DNA from: Macrostomum lignano
Taxonomy: Eukaryota
Assembly: GCA_002269645.1 (NCBI GenBank)
Contig: NIVC01002020.1
Coordinates: forward strand, 62,001 to 126,000
Length of the DNA: 64,000 bases
Reading direction: 5' to 3'
Under the pieces are notes generated by a model. That model had not been told where the DNA came from, ran no database searches, and saw only the letters and a program-made list of their open reading frames with translations. Below are positions 11,183-24,210 of the stretch, in pieces. The position numbers were made by a program, and so were the translations under genes. Every line of letters begins with the position of its first letter. Position 1 is the stretch's first letter.

Positions 11183-13607
11183 ATGGCTGCAGCCGAGATA
11201 TTCGACAAGTTCAACAAACTGCAGCAGGTCACCTACGCCGGGGTGGAAGACTTCTCCGATCGGCTCAACTTTGAAGTGACCGTCATTCTGCTGCTGGTCT
11301 GCTGCACCACGGTGACACTAAAGACCTACGTGCTGTCGCCTGTAGCCTGCTACATACCGAACGAGGTTGGAGCACACAGCGGTCAAGAACAGTACGTTAA
11401 CAATTATTGCTGGACGGAAGGTGAGTTAATTTGGGAACGTCTGGCATTTGTTTGTTTTTGAAACTGTCTGAGCAGCAACTGCTGACAGTACGGAAGCAAT
11501 TGCACCGTCAAACAAATTCAGAAAGTTGAATGCGTATTTTTCTAGGTCGCAGGGACGTCCACGTGGCCTAAAAAACATACTGGAAACGTCCAAATTTTTA
11601 TTGCAATACATTAGCTACATATATTTAATATAGGGGAACCTGATCTACAATATATTCTTTAAAAGATACACCAATTTTGCCCATGTTACATTGGTAATGG
11701 ATAATGGTGCACAAAACGTCAATTATCATCAGCCGAACTAAAATCACCAAAATTGGACCTATTGGGCATCGTTTGACTTAAAATAGGTACATGTACACGC
11801 AAAATACGAGTATATTGATAAACTTTTTTTGCGTAAGCCACAGTCGCTGATGCCCCCCCCTTCTTGTTCACCCGCCGCTACCCAAGGAACGTTCGCCGTC
11901 CCCATCGCCGAGTTTCATATCGACAACAGCCAGCCGGACCCGATCGGGGTGTACAGAGACCGCCGCATTGTCTACTACCAGTGGGTGCCATTCGTGCTGG
12001 GCCTGCAGTCGCTGATGTTCTACCTGCCCAGAGTACTCTGGGGCATGATGAGCTACAACAGGGCGGGCACGGACATCGGTCACATTATTCGGACGGCTAA
12101 CGACGCTGTGACTGCCGATGGCGAGAAGCATGCAAAGCTGGTGCAGCACGTCTGTAGAAGGCTGGAGCAGTTGCTTTTTCAGCACAACAAGAAGCACCGT
12201 TGCAGTAGTGGACCACATGGGGTGAGGCGATCTTTTGTTATCATGTATGATACTACACGAATGTCTTCACCCACTACACGAATGTCTTCACCCACTACAC
12301 GAATGTCTTCACCCACTACACGAATGTCTTCACCCACTACACGAATGTCTTCACCCACTACACGAATGTCTTCACCCACTACACGAATGTCTTCACCCAC
12401 TACACGAATGTCTTCACCCACTACACGAATGTCTTCACCCACTACACGAATGTCTTCACCCACTACACGAATGTCTTCACCCACTACACGAATGTCTTCA
12501 CCCACTACACGAATGTCTTCACCCACTACACGAATGTCTTCACCCACTACACGAATGTGCGCGAACGCGCAACAAATGAAAAGCATCCGAGGTACCTTCC
12601 TATCCCCTTAAACTTACTTCAGGGAGTTTATTTTAGGATATTTCAAGATGTTTTCCAGGTCTTCTCTTACCCTATAATCCTTTCAGAAAATGACAACCAC
12701 AGAGCGCTTACGTGGCAGTTTCCGCCGACTGTTGCCATCGCAACGGCTTGGTAACTGGTTGATTTTCACTTACTTTATCATCAAAATGTGCTACATTGGA
12801 AACGCGGTGGGCCAGCTCTACTTGATGCACTCTTTCCTGGGTTTCAACGCCAGCTATTTCGCATTCGGCGCCGCTGTGCTGCAGAACCTGCGCCGCGGCC
12901 GCGACTGGACTCAGACGATGATTTTCCCTCGCGTCGGCGTGTGCGCGGTGTTCTACAGAGCACCGGCTGGCGGCAACTACGTCTACTCCCAGTGCACCCT
13001 GCCCATCAACATGATCAACGAGAAGATCTACATCTTCCTGTGGTTCTGGGTGATCACTACGGCCTCGCTCACTGCGCTAAGCCTGCCAGTTTGGGTCGCC
13101 CGCATCCTGCTGTTCCGCAAGCGATCCCAGTTCGTGCGCAGCTACCTTAAACTGGCCGACCGATCGCCCGCAGTTGACAAGCGCGACATCAGCCGCTTCA
13201 TCAGAGACTTTCTCCGGCACGACGGCACCTTTCTGCTGAAGATGATTGCACTCAACTCCGGCGACGTTATCTGCACGGAGATTGTCGCCCGTCTGTGGGA
13301 AGTCTACCTGAGACGGCGCTACGGCTGCGAAGATGAGGATGACGAAGAGAATGCGCTGGCCTGCTTTGCTCTGGCGCAGCCGCAGCTGGGTTCGACTCCG
13401 CCAAACTCCGGCTCAGTGAAGAGGCAGCGGAAGGCAAGCCAGCCGCAAGCAGCGGGAGACGAGCTGACCCGCCAGCTGCAGCGGAAGCGGCGGATGCTGC
13501 AGCGAAGGCGGACTGTCTGTGAAGATGAAATTTCCGAGGCGGATACGAAGCCTCAGGTGGCGGAAGAAGCGGAGGAAACAGCGGATGCTGGGGAAGCTGA
13601 GGACTGA
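11183..13607 (+). CDS. inx: Innexin (gap junction/hemichannel protein), 497 aa; exons 11183-11420, 11887-12221, 12687-13607
   Basis: Innexin signature YYQWVPFVL, 'EDFSDRLN', ECL1 cysteines (VACY, NYCW), ECL2 'FPRVGVC...QCTLPINMINEKIYIFLWFW'. Introns are GT-AG in phases 1 and 0; total 1494 nt. Confidence 0.95.
12252..12557. repeat. Homogeneous 21-bp minisatellite (actacacgaatgtcttcaccc), about 14.5 copies, in innexin intron 2
   Basis: Directly visible; produces the TTRMSSP pseudo-ORF. Confidence 0.97.
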
Positions 13608-14130
13608 TGACGCTTGTCAATTAATAACTTTAGGCTCGTTAATACAGCCATCAGACGAAAGACAAAATTGATGTGATATGCAGACTTGTACACAAATTGG
13701 TGTAGTTTTTGTACATCAGGTGCCGACGTTAAACTATATCTACACTATATTTCTATATCATCTATATCCTATACTCCTATTCAGGATACATTGCCTACAC
13801 GCTTAACAAGGCACTTCCAAAAATATGACAAGAGCTTAGTCAGTAGGGGCTCAACTCATAAGGACAATTCATTTTAAGAAGTACGTAATTAAGTTTCTAA
13901 GCGGTGCTTGTTGTGACTAAGATTTATACGTAAAGACGACAACTTTTCATACGAGGCTCCAGTACGAGCCATAATACCTAAGATTTAATACCAGATTTAA
14001 GACCTAATACCATAATACCTAAGATTGACTAAGATTTATACGTAAAGACGACAACTTTTCATACGAGGCTCCAGTACGAGCCATAATACCTATATCCTTA
14101 ACCATTAAAGAGGTGTAACGGTAGTAGTTA

Positions 14131-14410
14131 ATAGCTAGAGCGTCGGACTCACGACTGAAAGGTCGGGGGTTCGATTCTCGACCCAATCGGAACGTGCAGT
14201 TTGTGTCCTTGAGCAAGACGCTTAACTCTGCATTGCTTCAGCTCACCCAGCTGTAAAATGGGTGCCAGCATTAGCTGGGGTAATTGAGGGTGTGTGTGGC
14301 AACCCCCCAGTCCTTGGACTGAACAGCCGTACGCAGCCTTCGGATGCGCCGCGCAATAGCTGCGGCTGAGCTGTCGGTTGCACATCTGGCCATTAAGGCA
14401 GGTGTAATCA
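14131..14410 (+). mobile_element. SINE family A copy
   Basis: High similarity to 8316-8602; B-box GGTTCGATTC retained. Confidence 0.85.
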
Positions 14411-14879
14411 ATTATTACTTAAACTTGCGCCAATACACAGAAATGTACGATCCTGGTCCGCATTCATGCATGCAGTTTCTTCCATATTACGAGCGTAGCT
14501 AAATTGAAATATTCAGAAAATCATAGAGTTTACCAACTGAGAAGAGAAGGTCGCGAACAGAAAATGACTTGTCAAACAAGTTTTTAACTTTGTAGGTGAC
14601 AAATCTTCCATGCTAGAATCCAAAAATATCTGAAAATCAAGTTGACAAGTAACGCCCGCGCTGACAACTAAACCTCTTTGACGCCTCGCACATGCCAGTG
14701 TCCCACGAACTGTTTTGAACTCTACACAATTGAGTAGCCTAAAAACCAAGGAAAATCTGCACTGCACGCCAGAGTTCGCAGCCAGGTGACCTCGGACACC
14801 AATTAATTGACAAGTTTGACGGGCCGTGGGCGAAGCAGGAGTGTCCGAGACAGCGTCACCTGCAGCGGCACAGCGGTAT

Positions 14880-14887
14880 TATAAATA
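14880..14887 (+). promoter_or_regulatory. TATA box (TATAAATA) of the small secreted protein gene
   Basis: About 90 nt upstream of ATG 14977, leaving a plausible short 5' UTR. Confidence 0.6.
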
Positions 14888-14976
14888 AAGGCACGGCTGG
14901 CGGAGTCAAAACCATATTCATCAGCTAACTAGAACAAGCCTTCCACATCAGCGCCAAAGCACTCAACAGCACAGCC

Positions 14977-15264
14977 ATGTACAAGCTCGCCTGCCTGTTC
15001 GCTCTCGTGGCCTTTGCCGCCGCCTCCTACACCCCTGAGCAGAAGAATGAGGTCATTAACGACATCATTCACGAGGTCGTGCCCGTGCTGAGCATCGACA
15101 CCAACTGCCTGCAGCAGAACGGCATCAGCTCCGCGACCTGCCTGATCTCCAACCTGATCACCTGCTTCTTCTCCAGCGGCACCAACATCACCAAGCTGGC
15201 CACCTGCCTGGCCAGCAAGTGCGGCGGCAGCGCCATCCAGATCATCAGCTGCATCAAGCTGTAA
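14977..15264 (+). CDS. Small secreted cysteine-rich protein (95 aa), family not recognised
   Basis: Intronless ORF with strong C-ending codon bias, signal peptide MYKLACLFALVAFAAA, 6 Cys in the mature part, upstream TATA box and AATAAA at 15298-15303. Confidence 0.88.
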   Translation: MYKLACLFALVAFAAASYTPEQKNEVINDIIHEVVPVLSIDTNCLQQNGISSATCLISNLITCFFSSGTNITKLATCLASKCGGSAIQIISCIKL

Positions 15265-16163
15265 AATAGTTCGATTAACCCGAACTGTCCAGTGCTAAAT
15301 AAACAAACGCGATCAAGACTTGTTTGGCGTTTGATCGGAGGCACTGATTAAAACAAAAACTTTTGTGTTTGTTATTTGCATTTACTTCTCTTCCTGCTAG
15401 AAGCTTCGTTTTTATAGTAGCAATCTACTTATTATTAATATTAATGAGATCCTATCCTATTTACCGGAAATTGAGATAGAATTTAGCAGTTAAAATCTTA
15501 CGGCAGCTACTTTCAGTAGTAGACAATAGAAATATAGCAGGCGGTGCCCATCCAAGGGCTGTGTGCTAATGTGTTCAGTGTATTTTTCGTGAAAAACCTT
15601 GCATTTCCACTGGAGCTAAGACCATCACAGTACGATAAGTTCATGGACAACTGACAAAGAATGACGCTAAACTGGATATTCTTAGAAATTTCCTGCATGG
15701 AGGCCCGTCAGGAACGTACGAGTATGTAGAGAACGCATAGCACTGAAAGGGTTTTGCCATAGACAAATTCGGTCAACAACTTCTTGTGAGCGTCATTTCA
15801 CTTTCAGTATTTTTACGATAAATAAACAAACAAAAAGCGGGGTGGCGTCTGACCCAGCAGATTGGGCTCAATTATAATTAATACAGGCACAAACAGCAGG
15901 TCACGACGATAATACGAAGTTGTTACAAGGGAATAATTACGAAAGCATGGGTGAATGAATAAACAATGGAAAATTACTTTAAAGAGAACATGTTTTGAAG
16001 TCGGCATACAATTTAAAAGTTTACAGCAAACAGTACTGAATTCGTTAGATAAGTTTTCAAACATTATTTAAACACCTGCATTAGGTATATGAGACAGCTT
16101 AACACATAGTCTGTGCTCAAGTTTATTAATCAAATTAATAAGCTTTCTACAATGGAATGCAGG

Positions 16164-16350
16164 CAGGGGCGTAGCCACAGGGGGTCATGGGGGTCATGAA
16201 CCCCCCAGCCGGCTGATCCAGGCCAAATTTTCAGGCCCCCTCCCCCGTCGCAGAGGCCTAGCACCCCTAGCTGCCCCCGGTTGCCGCTGTGAGCCTGTGA
16301 CTGACTGTGACCCCCCTCCCCCCCAGAAGGAAATCCTGGCTACGCCACTG
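16164..16350. mobile_element. Non-autonomous hAT-type MITE, 187 bp
   Basis: TIRs CAGGGGCGTAGCCA / TGGCTACGCCACTG; exact 8-bp TSD AATGCAGG at 16156-16163 and 16351-16358. Confidence 0.9.
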
Positions 16351-16511
16351 AATGCAGGTTATCATTAAAGAGAAATGAAGTAGATCTTTAGCCTTGGGCA
16401 AAATTGTACATTTAGATACAGAGTTGAGACCGCTTGTATTTTAAAGACGAATAAAATTTGAAAAAGCCATGGAAAAATATTGCTTTTAAACAATATTTTG
16501 TCAGCAGGAGA

Positions 16512-16766
16512 TCAACTGGCTTCCAGCATGGCGCCAGCATCCTCCTCAGCCTGGTACAGCACAGCCCCAGCCTGCATGCGGGCCTCAGTGTCCGCCTTCT
16601 TTACTGCATCCTCTGCGTCCCGCTGCAGAGTCTCCAGACGCTCCAATGTAAATGACTTCAATGGCAGCAGCCGCGGCTTACAGAGCACAGGCCCTGGAAC
16701 ATGCTCTTGGAATAGCATGCCATGTTGGGGAAGAACTGGCTTTAGTTTCTCTGGTTCACTGCTCAT
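16512..16766 (-). CDS. BBIP1: BBSome-interacting protein 1 (BBIP10), 84 aa
   Basis: 'VLPQHGMLFQEHVPGPVLCKPRLLPLKSFTLERLETLQ' matches the BBIP1 core (human [37 protein letters not shown]). Confidence 0.92.
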   Translation of the reverse strand: MSSEPEKLKPVLPQHGMLFQEHVPGPVLCKPRLLPLKSFTLERLETLQRDAEDAVKKADTEARMQAGAVLYQAEEDAGAMLEAS

Positions 16767-17974
16767 GGCTAATTAATGTAAAGTGTGGATCGCGTCAGAT
16801 GCATGCATAAAGATGTTAGTTGGATACCACTTGCATGAAATAAAAACATAATTATTAATTACTATTTTCTATTAATTTTTTAATGTTGGCTACTAGCAAG
16901 CTTGTAAATTCCATTTTAAAATGATTATATGAATTAAAAAGATAAAAAATTATTGCATTTAAAATGAGTTTGGCCACTTAGATAATTACAAATAGTACAC
17001 AGAGACAAAGACCGACTTCTATTATTATTTTTATTCCAGAGCTGCTAATTTAATTTCAATTTTTAATTTTAATTTAATAACCGAATAAATATTAATTTTT
17101 CAGCATTTTTTCGGATATAATGTTACTTTTAAAACTTTCTTAAATTTTAAAAGCTATAAAAGAATACTGTCACAAAAGCACGTGCAAGCTTTATTCTACG
17201 GGAAAAAAGTAATAAGAGAAAACTTATATAACATCTTGACTTGAGTGAGTGTCTAGTAAGTTATGACACTATGAAATAAAAAGCGGTCCGGAAAGCGCAA
17301 ACTCTGTAAGATAAAAGGGTACTTTATTTTTTCTCGTAGTAAAAACTGAGAAGCAGTACGACGTACTTTATCAGAAAATGCAGTTACATTTGATATCACT
17401 ATTTCACCGTACCTGCTGTATTATTATAATTATTTCGTGTGCGACGTCAAATTCTGAAGAAAAAACTTTTGATTGTATAAATTTTACTATTGTACAGCTT
17501 TAGCTTTTAATAATTTTAAGCAATAAGTTGTAGATGATGAAATATAGAACTATTTTAATCGTGAAAAGCCAGTATAAGTTTTCAGCTTTGTTATAAACGA
17601 GACCTTTCACGGTACGTACTGCTTTTTTAAAAAGCAGTAAAAGTAGATAAGAAATTTTCGACGTGCCGTGAATAAACTATTAAGTCTTAAGCAAGTTTGC
17701 GTGCCGAAAAGGGTGGCCTCTGTGTGGCTTTGTTTGCTTAATTTTTATTAAGTCAATATCGGGGGTGGAGGTGAAGCGATGCGTGATTGGTCGAGAATCG
17801 GTAAACAATTTAGGCGAGAGGGGAGTCATGAATAGTGTGAGGCAGAGAGTGTAGCGTGCGGCCTACATCTTTGCAATTTGAACTTTTAGTGTCATGATCA
17901 ATATTTTCTGCTTTTTGTGCTAAGAAAAGTTTACAAGAATACTAATAATGGTAATGATAATAAAATATTACTAG

Positions 17975-18246
17975 CTCCTACCTTAATTGAGCAGATGCGC
18001 AACCGCGACAGTTCAGCCGCGCAGATATTGCGCGGCTCATCTGGAGGCTGCGTAAGGCTGTTCAGTCCAAGGACTGGGGGGTCGCAACACACACCCGCAA
18101 TCACCCCAGCTAATGCTGGCACCCATTTTTACATGGGTGAACGGAAGCAATGGAGAGTTAAGTATCTTGCTCAAGGACACAATTTTTTCCGAGTGGGTCC
18201 CCCGAACTTCAAGTCGTATAGTCCGACGCTCTAAGCACAAGGCTAC
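17975..18246 (-). mobile_element. SINE family A copy (more diverged)
   Basis: Reverse-complement similarity to 8316-8602. Confidence 0.8.
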
Positions 18247-18333
18247 AACCCCCCCTCCCACAAGAATTCTATAGTTGTCTAAAATATGTATAAAACTTTG
18301 CAACCATCATAAAAAAATTGTACGAGTAAAATG

Positions 18334-19029
18334 CAAGGACGACTTAAGTAGAAGGACGGGAAACCTCGTTTCTTAGAAAAGTTTTGAAGGCACTTTTTCC
18401 CGAAAAAATACACTACGGAGATAGGAAGTTTTCATTTTTTCAGCACAAAAATTGTTATTGCGTTTGATAGGAGGCAGATCCAGTGTTCATATTTTGAAAT
18501 GTTGTGCCTTTTTTATTGCTCTATCGATATTTATAAAGCTTTTCGTTCAGAAATTAGGATTCTATGTTAATTTTTTATTCTACGTATATTTTCGCGTGTC
18601 TTGTGCTTGAAATACATTAGAATGCCACGGCTCGGCTCTTTGGTTTTATGAGTCTATTTTATCATTCTTACCCGACTGTGTAGCAAATATTTGTAACAGA
18701 GATGATAAAATAGGTTCATAAAACCAAATATTGGAGCTGTGTCATGCACTTTTGTGATTTTAGATACAGGAAATATACGTAGAATCAAAAATTAACATAG
18801 AATCCTAGTTTTCTGAACGAAAAGCTTTATAAATATCGATAGAACAATAAAAAAGGCACAACATATCAAAAGATGAACACTGGATCTGCCTCCTATCAAA
18901 CGCAATAACAATTTTTGTGCTGAAAAAATGAAATCTTCCTATCTCCGTAGTGTATTTTTTCGGGAAAAAGTGCCTTCAAAACTTTTCTAAGAAACGAGGT
19001 TTCCCGTCCTTCTACTTAAGTCGTCCTTG
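18334..19029. mobile_element. Fold-back hAT-type non-autonomous element, 696 bp, with ~258-bp TIRs
   Basis: 18334-18591 is the near-perfect reverse complement of 18771-19029; CA..TG ends; exact 8-bp TSD GTAAAATG at 18326-18333 and 19030-19037. Confidence 0.92.
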
Positions 19030-19618
19030 GTAAAATGTACGAGTTTATACATGTAAGTCATATTTATCGGAAATTACACTGCTTTCTGCATGCACATCTT
19101 TATAAAACATCGCAATTAATGTGTTTTTGTAATGAATAAAGAAAGTACATATATTATTACATATTAAATATTTAAATTGAAGATACACCTGCTTATATGT
19201 GAGTTGTAGTGCATGGCTGCGTAAGCCTGTAAGCAATATTGTTTTCAACACAAGTATATTTTTCGTTTCTCAGTAGCTGCATGTTCTGTTATTAACAGCT
19301 GATCATAAAAAACATGTACATTGCTATTAAGCTGCATTGTTAAACGGCACGTCTCTTGAAAACAAAAATGGGAATGATTCTATTATCCTGAAAGATACGC
19401 ACAGACAAAAGATGCACTCTTGGCCAGCTCTCATTTCTGAACTTATCCGATCTTATTAATGCAGACGCACATGGATGCTGTTAGCTGCATGAAGTATACG
19501 CTCGTACATGTATATAGCCAGCTACATAGGTTTACATATTAGCTATATATAAAATGCCAATAATACATGTGCTATAACTGCACTATAATGTATACTCTGT
19601 ACAATGTACAATGTACAG

Positions 19619-21610
<1,992 letters not shown>

Positions 21611-21994
21611 GTAGAATCAGTCAACTACAATAAAGTGGCTTAGCTTAGCACGTATTTTGGTCGTTGGATTGCGAGTATTTCATTGCAAACAAGGTTTAAA
21701 AAGCAAACATTCGCGAAGTTTGGGAATCGGCAGTCTATGGCCAACAATACGAGCTAAAACAATATCTGATTGAAATGGTTCCAGCTGCAGGTTAATACGA
21801 CCTTGTAGCGTCCTATTTGGTATTTGTATTATATATTCTGTGGTGAATGACTCTGCTGGGCTGTTTGCAGCGCACCGAATTGGACGCAGTAAAAACCAAT
21901 AAGAAACCAAAAAAGTATATTACCAAAAGATTACCAAAAATTATAATAAAGGAATTTTTACGTATATTAAACCAGTATGATGAGAGAATATCCG

Positions 21995-22250
21995 TTGGTT
22001 GGTTGGTTGGTTGGTTGGTTGGTTGGTTGGTTGGTTGGTTGGTTGGTTGGTTGGTTGGTTGGTTGGTTGGTTGGTTGGTTGGTTGGTTGGTTGGTTGGTT
22101 GGTTGGTTGGTTGGTTGGTTGGTTGGTTGGTTGGTTGGTTGGTTGGTTGGTTGGTTGGTTGGTTGGTTGGTTGGTTGGTTGGTTGGTTGGTTGGTTGGTT
22201 GGTTGGTTGGTTGGTTGGTTGGTTGGTTGGTTGGTTGGTTGGTTGGTTGA
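21995..22250. repeat. (GGTT)n microsatellite
   Basis: Directly visible. Confidence 0.98.
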
Positions 22251-22724
22251 CTAGGTTGGACGAGGCGTCCTCCTCTGGAGTCGAGAGAAAGGAAGGAGAC
22301 CGACACTACGACGGCGGACATCCCGAGCTCTATTTATCGACCATAGGAGCTATCCTTTTATTGTTTGCCAATACTGGTCTGCTCCAGTTTATATATAAGT
22401 TTTTACGGCCTAGCAATTATCAACTTTCGTTTGCCCCGAAATATAAAATGCGAAAGTGACTAAAAATCCCACTGAACTTCCTTCACCGCGCGTGTTGTTT
22501 AAATGCATAAATACACTATCTATAGGTAAGAATCGTTGAACTTCAAACATCTGTCTATAGTAGCTATGGTAAATACGGCAAATAATTTTACGATTCACAA
22601 GAGCGCAATATCGAAATTTGACTTCATTTTTCTTACTTTCAGATATAAATACGCTATTAGAAGTATACGAGCGTACATGGAGCGTGAGTTTAAACTCAAA
22701 AACAAATCTCTCCCAGGGCCTCAA

Positions 22725-24158
22725 TCAGGGTCCGGCATCAGTCCGAGTCCTCGACCCCAGCACCGGAAGGTAGGGCTGATAAAGCTGCTGCCGATGCTGG
22801 CAACAGCCACTGCAGCCTCCAGACCGATGGTCCGGCATCGGGAAGTCGAACAGCCGTAGACGATGCGTCGTTGATTGGCAACCTTTACCATGACAACAAT
22901 CTTTATCTGTGCTGGAAAATCTTCCCTCCAATCGACCCTGTAGCCTAGATGTCGATGGAGCTGCCGACGCCTTCAGCGCCAGGATTCGAGCCGGTGACCC
23001 CTGACTGGCGTAGTCGGCCGCTCGCAGGCCGTTGCAGTCGGCGTAGCCGGCAGCCTGACGGCACATCCGACTGAGCAGCAGTCGGCAGATGGCGGCTAGC
23101 TCGTGATAGCAAGCCAGGTGCAAGCAGGTGCGGCCTGACCGACTCGTGACCGTGTTGGCCAGCTCGGCTGGAATGGGGTGGCAGATCTTGGGGAGTTATT
23201 TATTGTACTTGTAGAGATCTACGAAATACAGTACAAACATACTTCTAGAAGTAGTAAGATAAAAATACGTAAAAACCAAAAGTTTTGTCAGTTTGTTGGT
23301 TGGTTATGCGATCAAAATCTATTCTCAGTAGTATCACGAAACAGCGAATGACACTTTTATTGTGCCGGTTCGCAACATTTAATTTTAGAACTCCCGAATA
23401 TGGTAAATGATGCCCGAAACCTATTGGATTCGCTAAAATTCTAAAATATAGGCAATAATTTGCCTATAAATACAAGCCAAAATCCGAGCAAAAATCTTAA
23501 ACTCGGAGCAGCCTCAAGAGGACTTGAGAACACCCAAGAACTACGAGGCTACATCTCTGGGAGAAGTAGATACCGTTCGGTAAGCCTTTGTTCGAGTCTT
23601 CGTTATTTTGATTATTGAGAGCGGTGTTATTGCCGGCCGTTACTGATCAGTTGAATTTACTGATTTTACTGAATTCGAGGCCTCCCTTTTCCTAAGGGAT
23701 CGGATAGGATCTGCGGATCGATTCCAATAAATACCCTTAGAGGTTTACCGATTGATTGATTTTGTTACCCTAGAGTAACCGATAGGGGCACACGACTCCA
23801 ATTCCGTTAGTTCTAGAAGAAGGCGCCCTTTCTGGAGGACCTCGTCATTGTTATAGAGTTGATTCTGTTACTAGGGCGCATCTCTGATTCCTGCATTCGA
23901 TAAAGTATTGATTTTGAACTCAAGGAATATTCCGAAGTCGACGAATTGAATCGTTACGCTCTCACGTTCGGCCGATTTTAGATATCAAGAAAACTACTCC
24001 GGAGGAAGGATAACAGGAAGACCAGGAGCTCTACGAACCCGCGCAACTAAGAAGAGGAGCCCACAACAGTAAAGTGATCACTGAATTTGTTCCCAGGCCT
24101 AGGTCTGGAAGTGGGAGCTCGTGCGTTTAGACACTAGACTTAATTCTCTCTCTCTCTC

Positions 24159-24210
<52 letters not shown>

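Noticed and set aside
12252-12557. CRISPR-like appearance of regular repeats here and at 59448
   Set aside because: Contiguous tandem units with no unique spacers, in a eukaryotic context with no cas genes.
11829-12611. 260-aa ORF with TTRMSSP repeats as a real innexin C-terminus
   Set aside because: Read-through into intron 2; a good donor at 12222 and acceptor at 12686 restore the canonical innexin.
21995-22250. (GGTT)n as a telomeric repeat
   Set aside because: Not TTAGGG, interstitial and short; an ordinary microsatellite.
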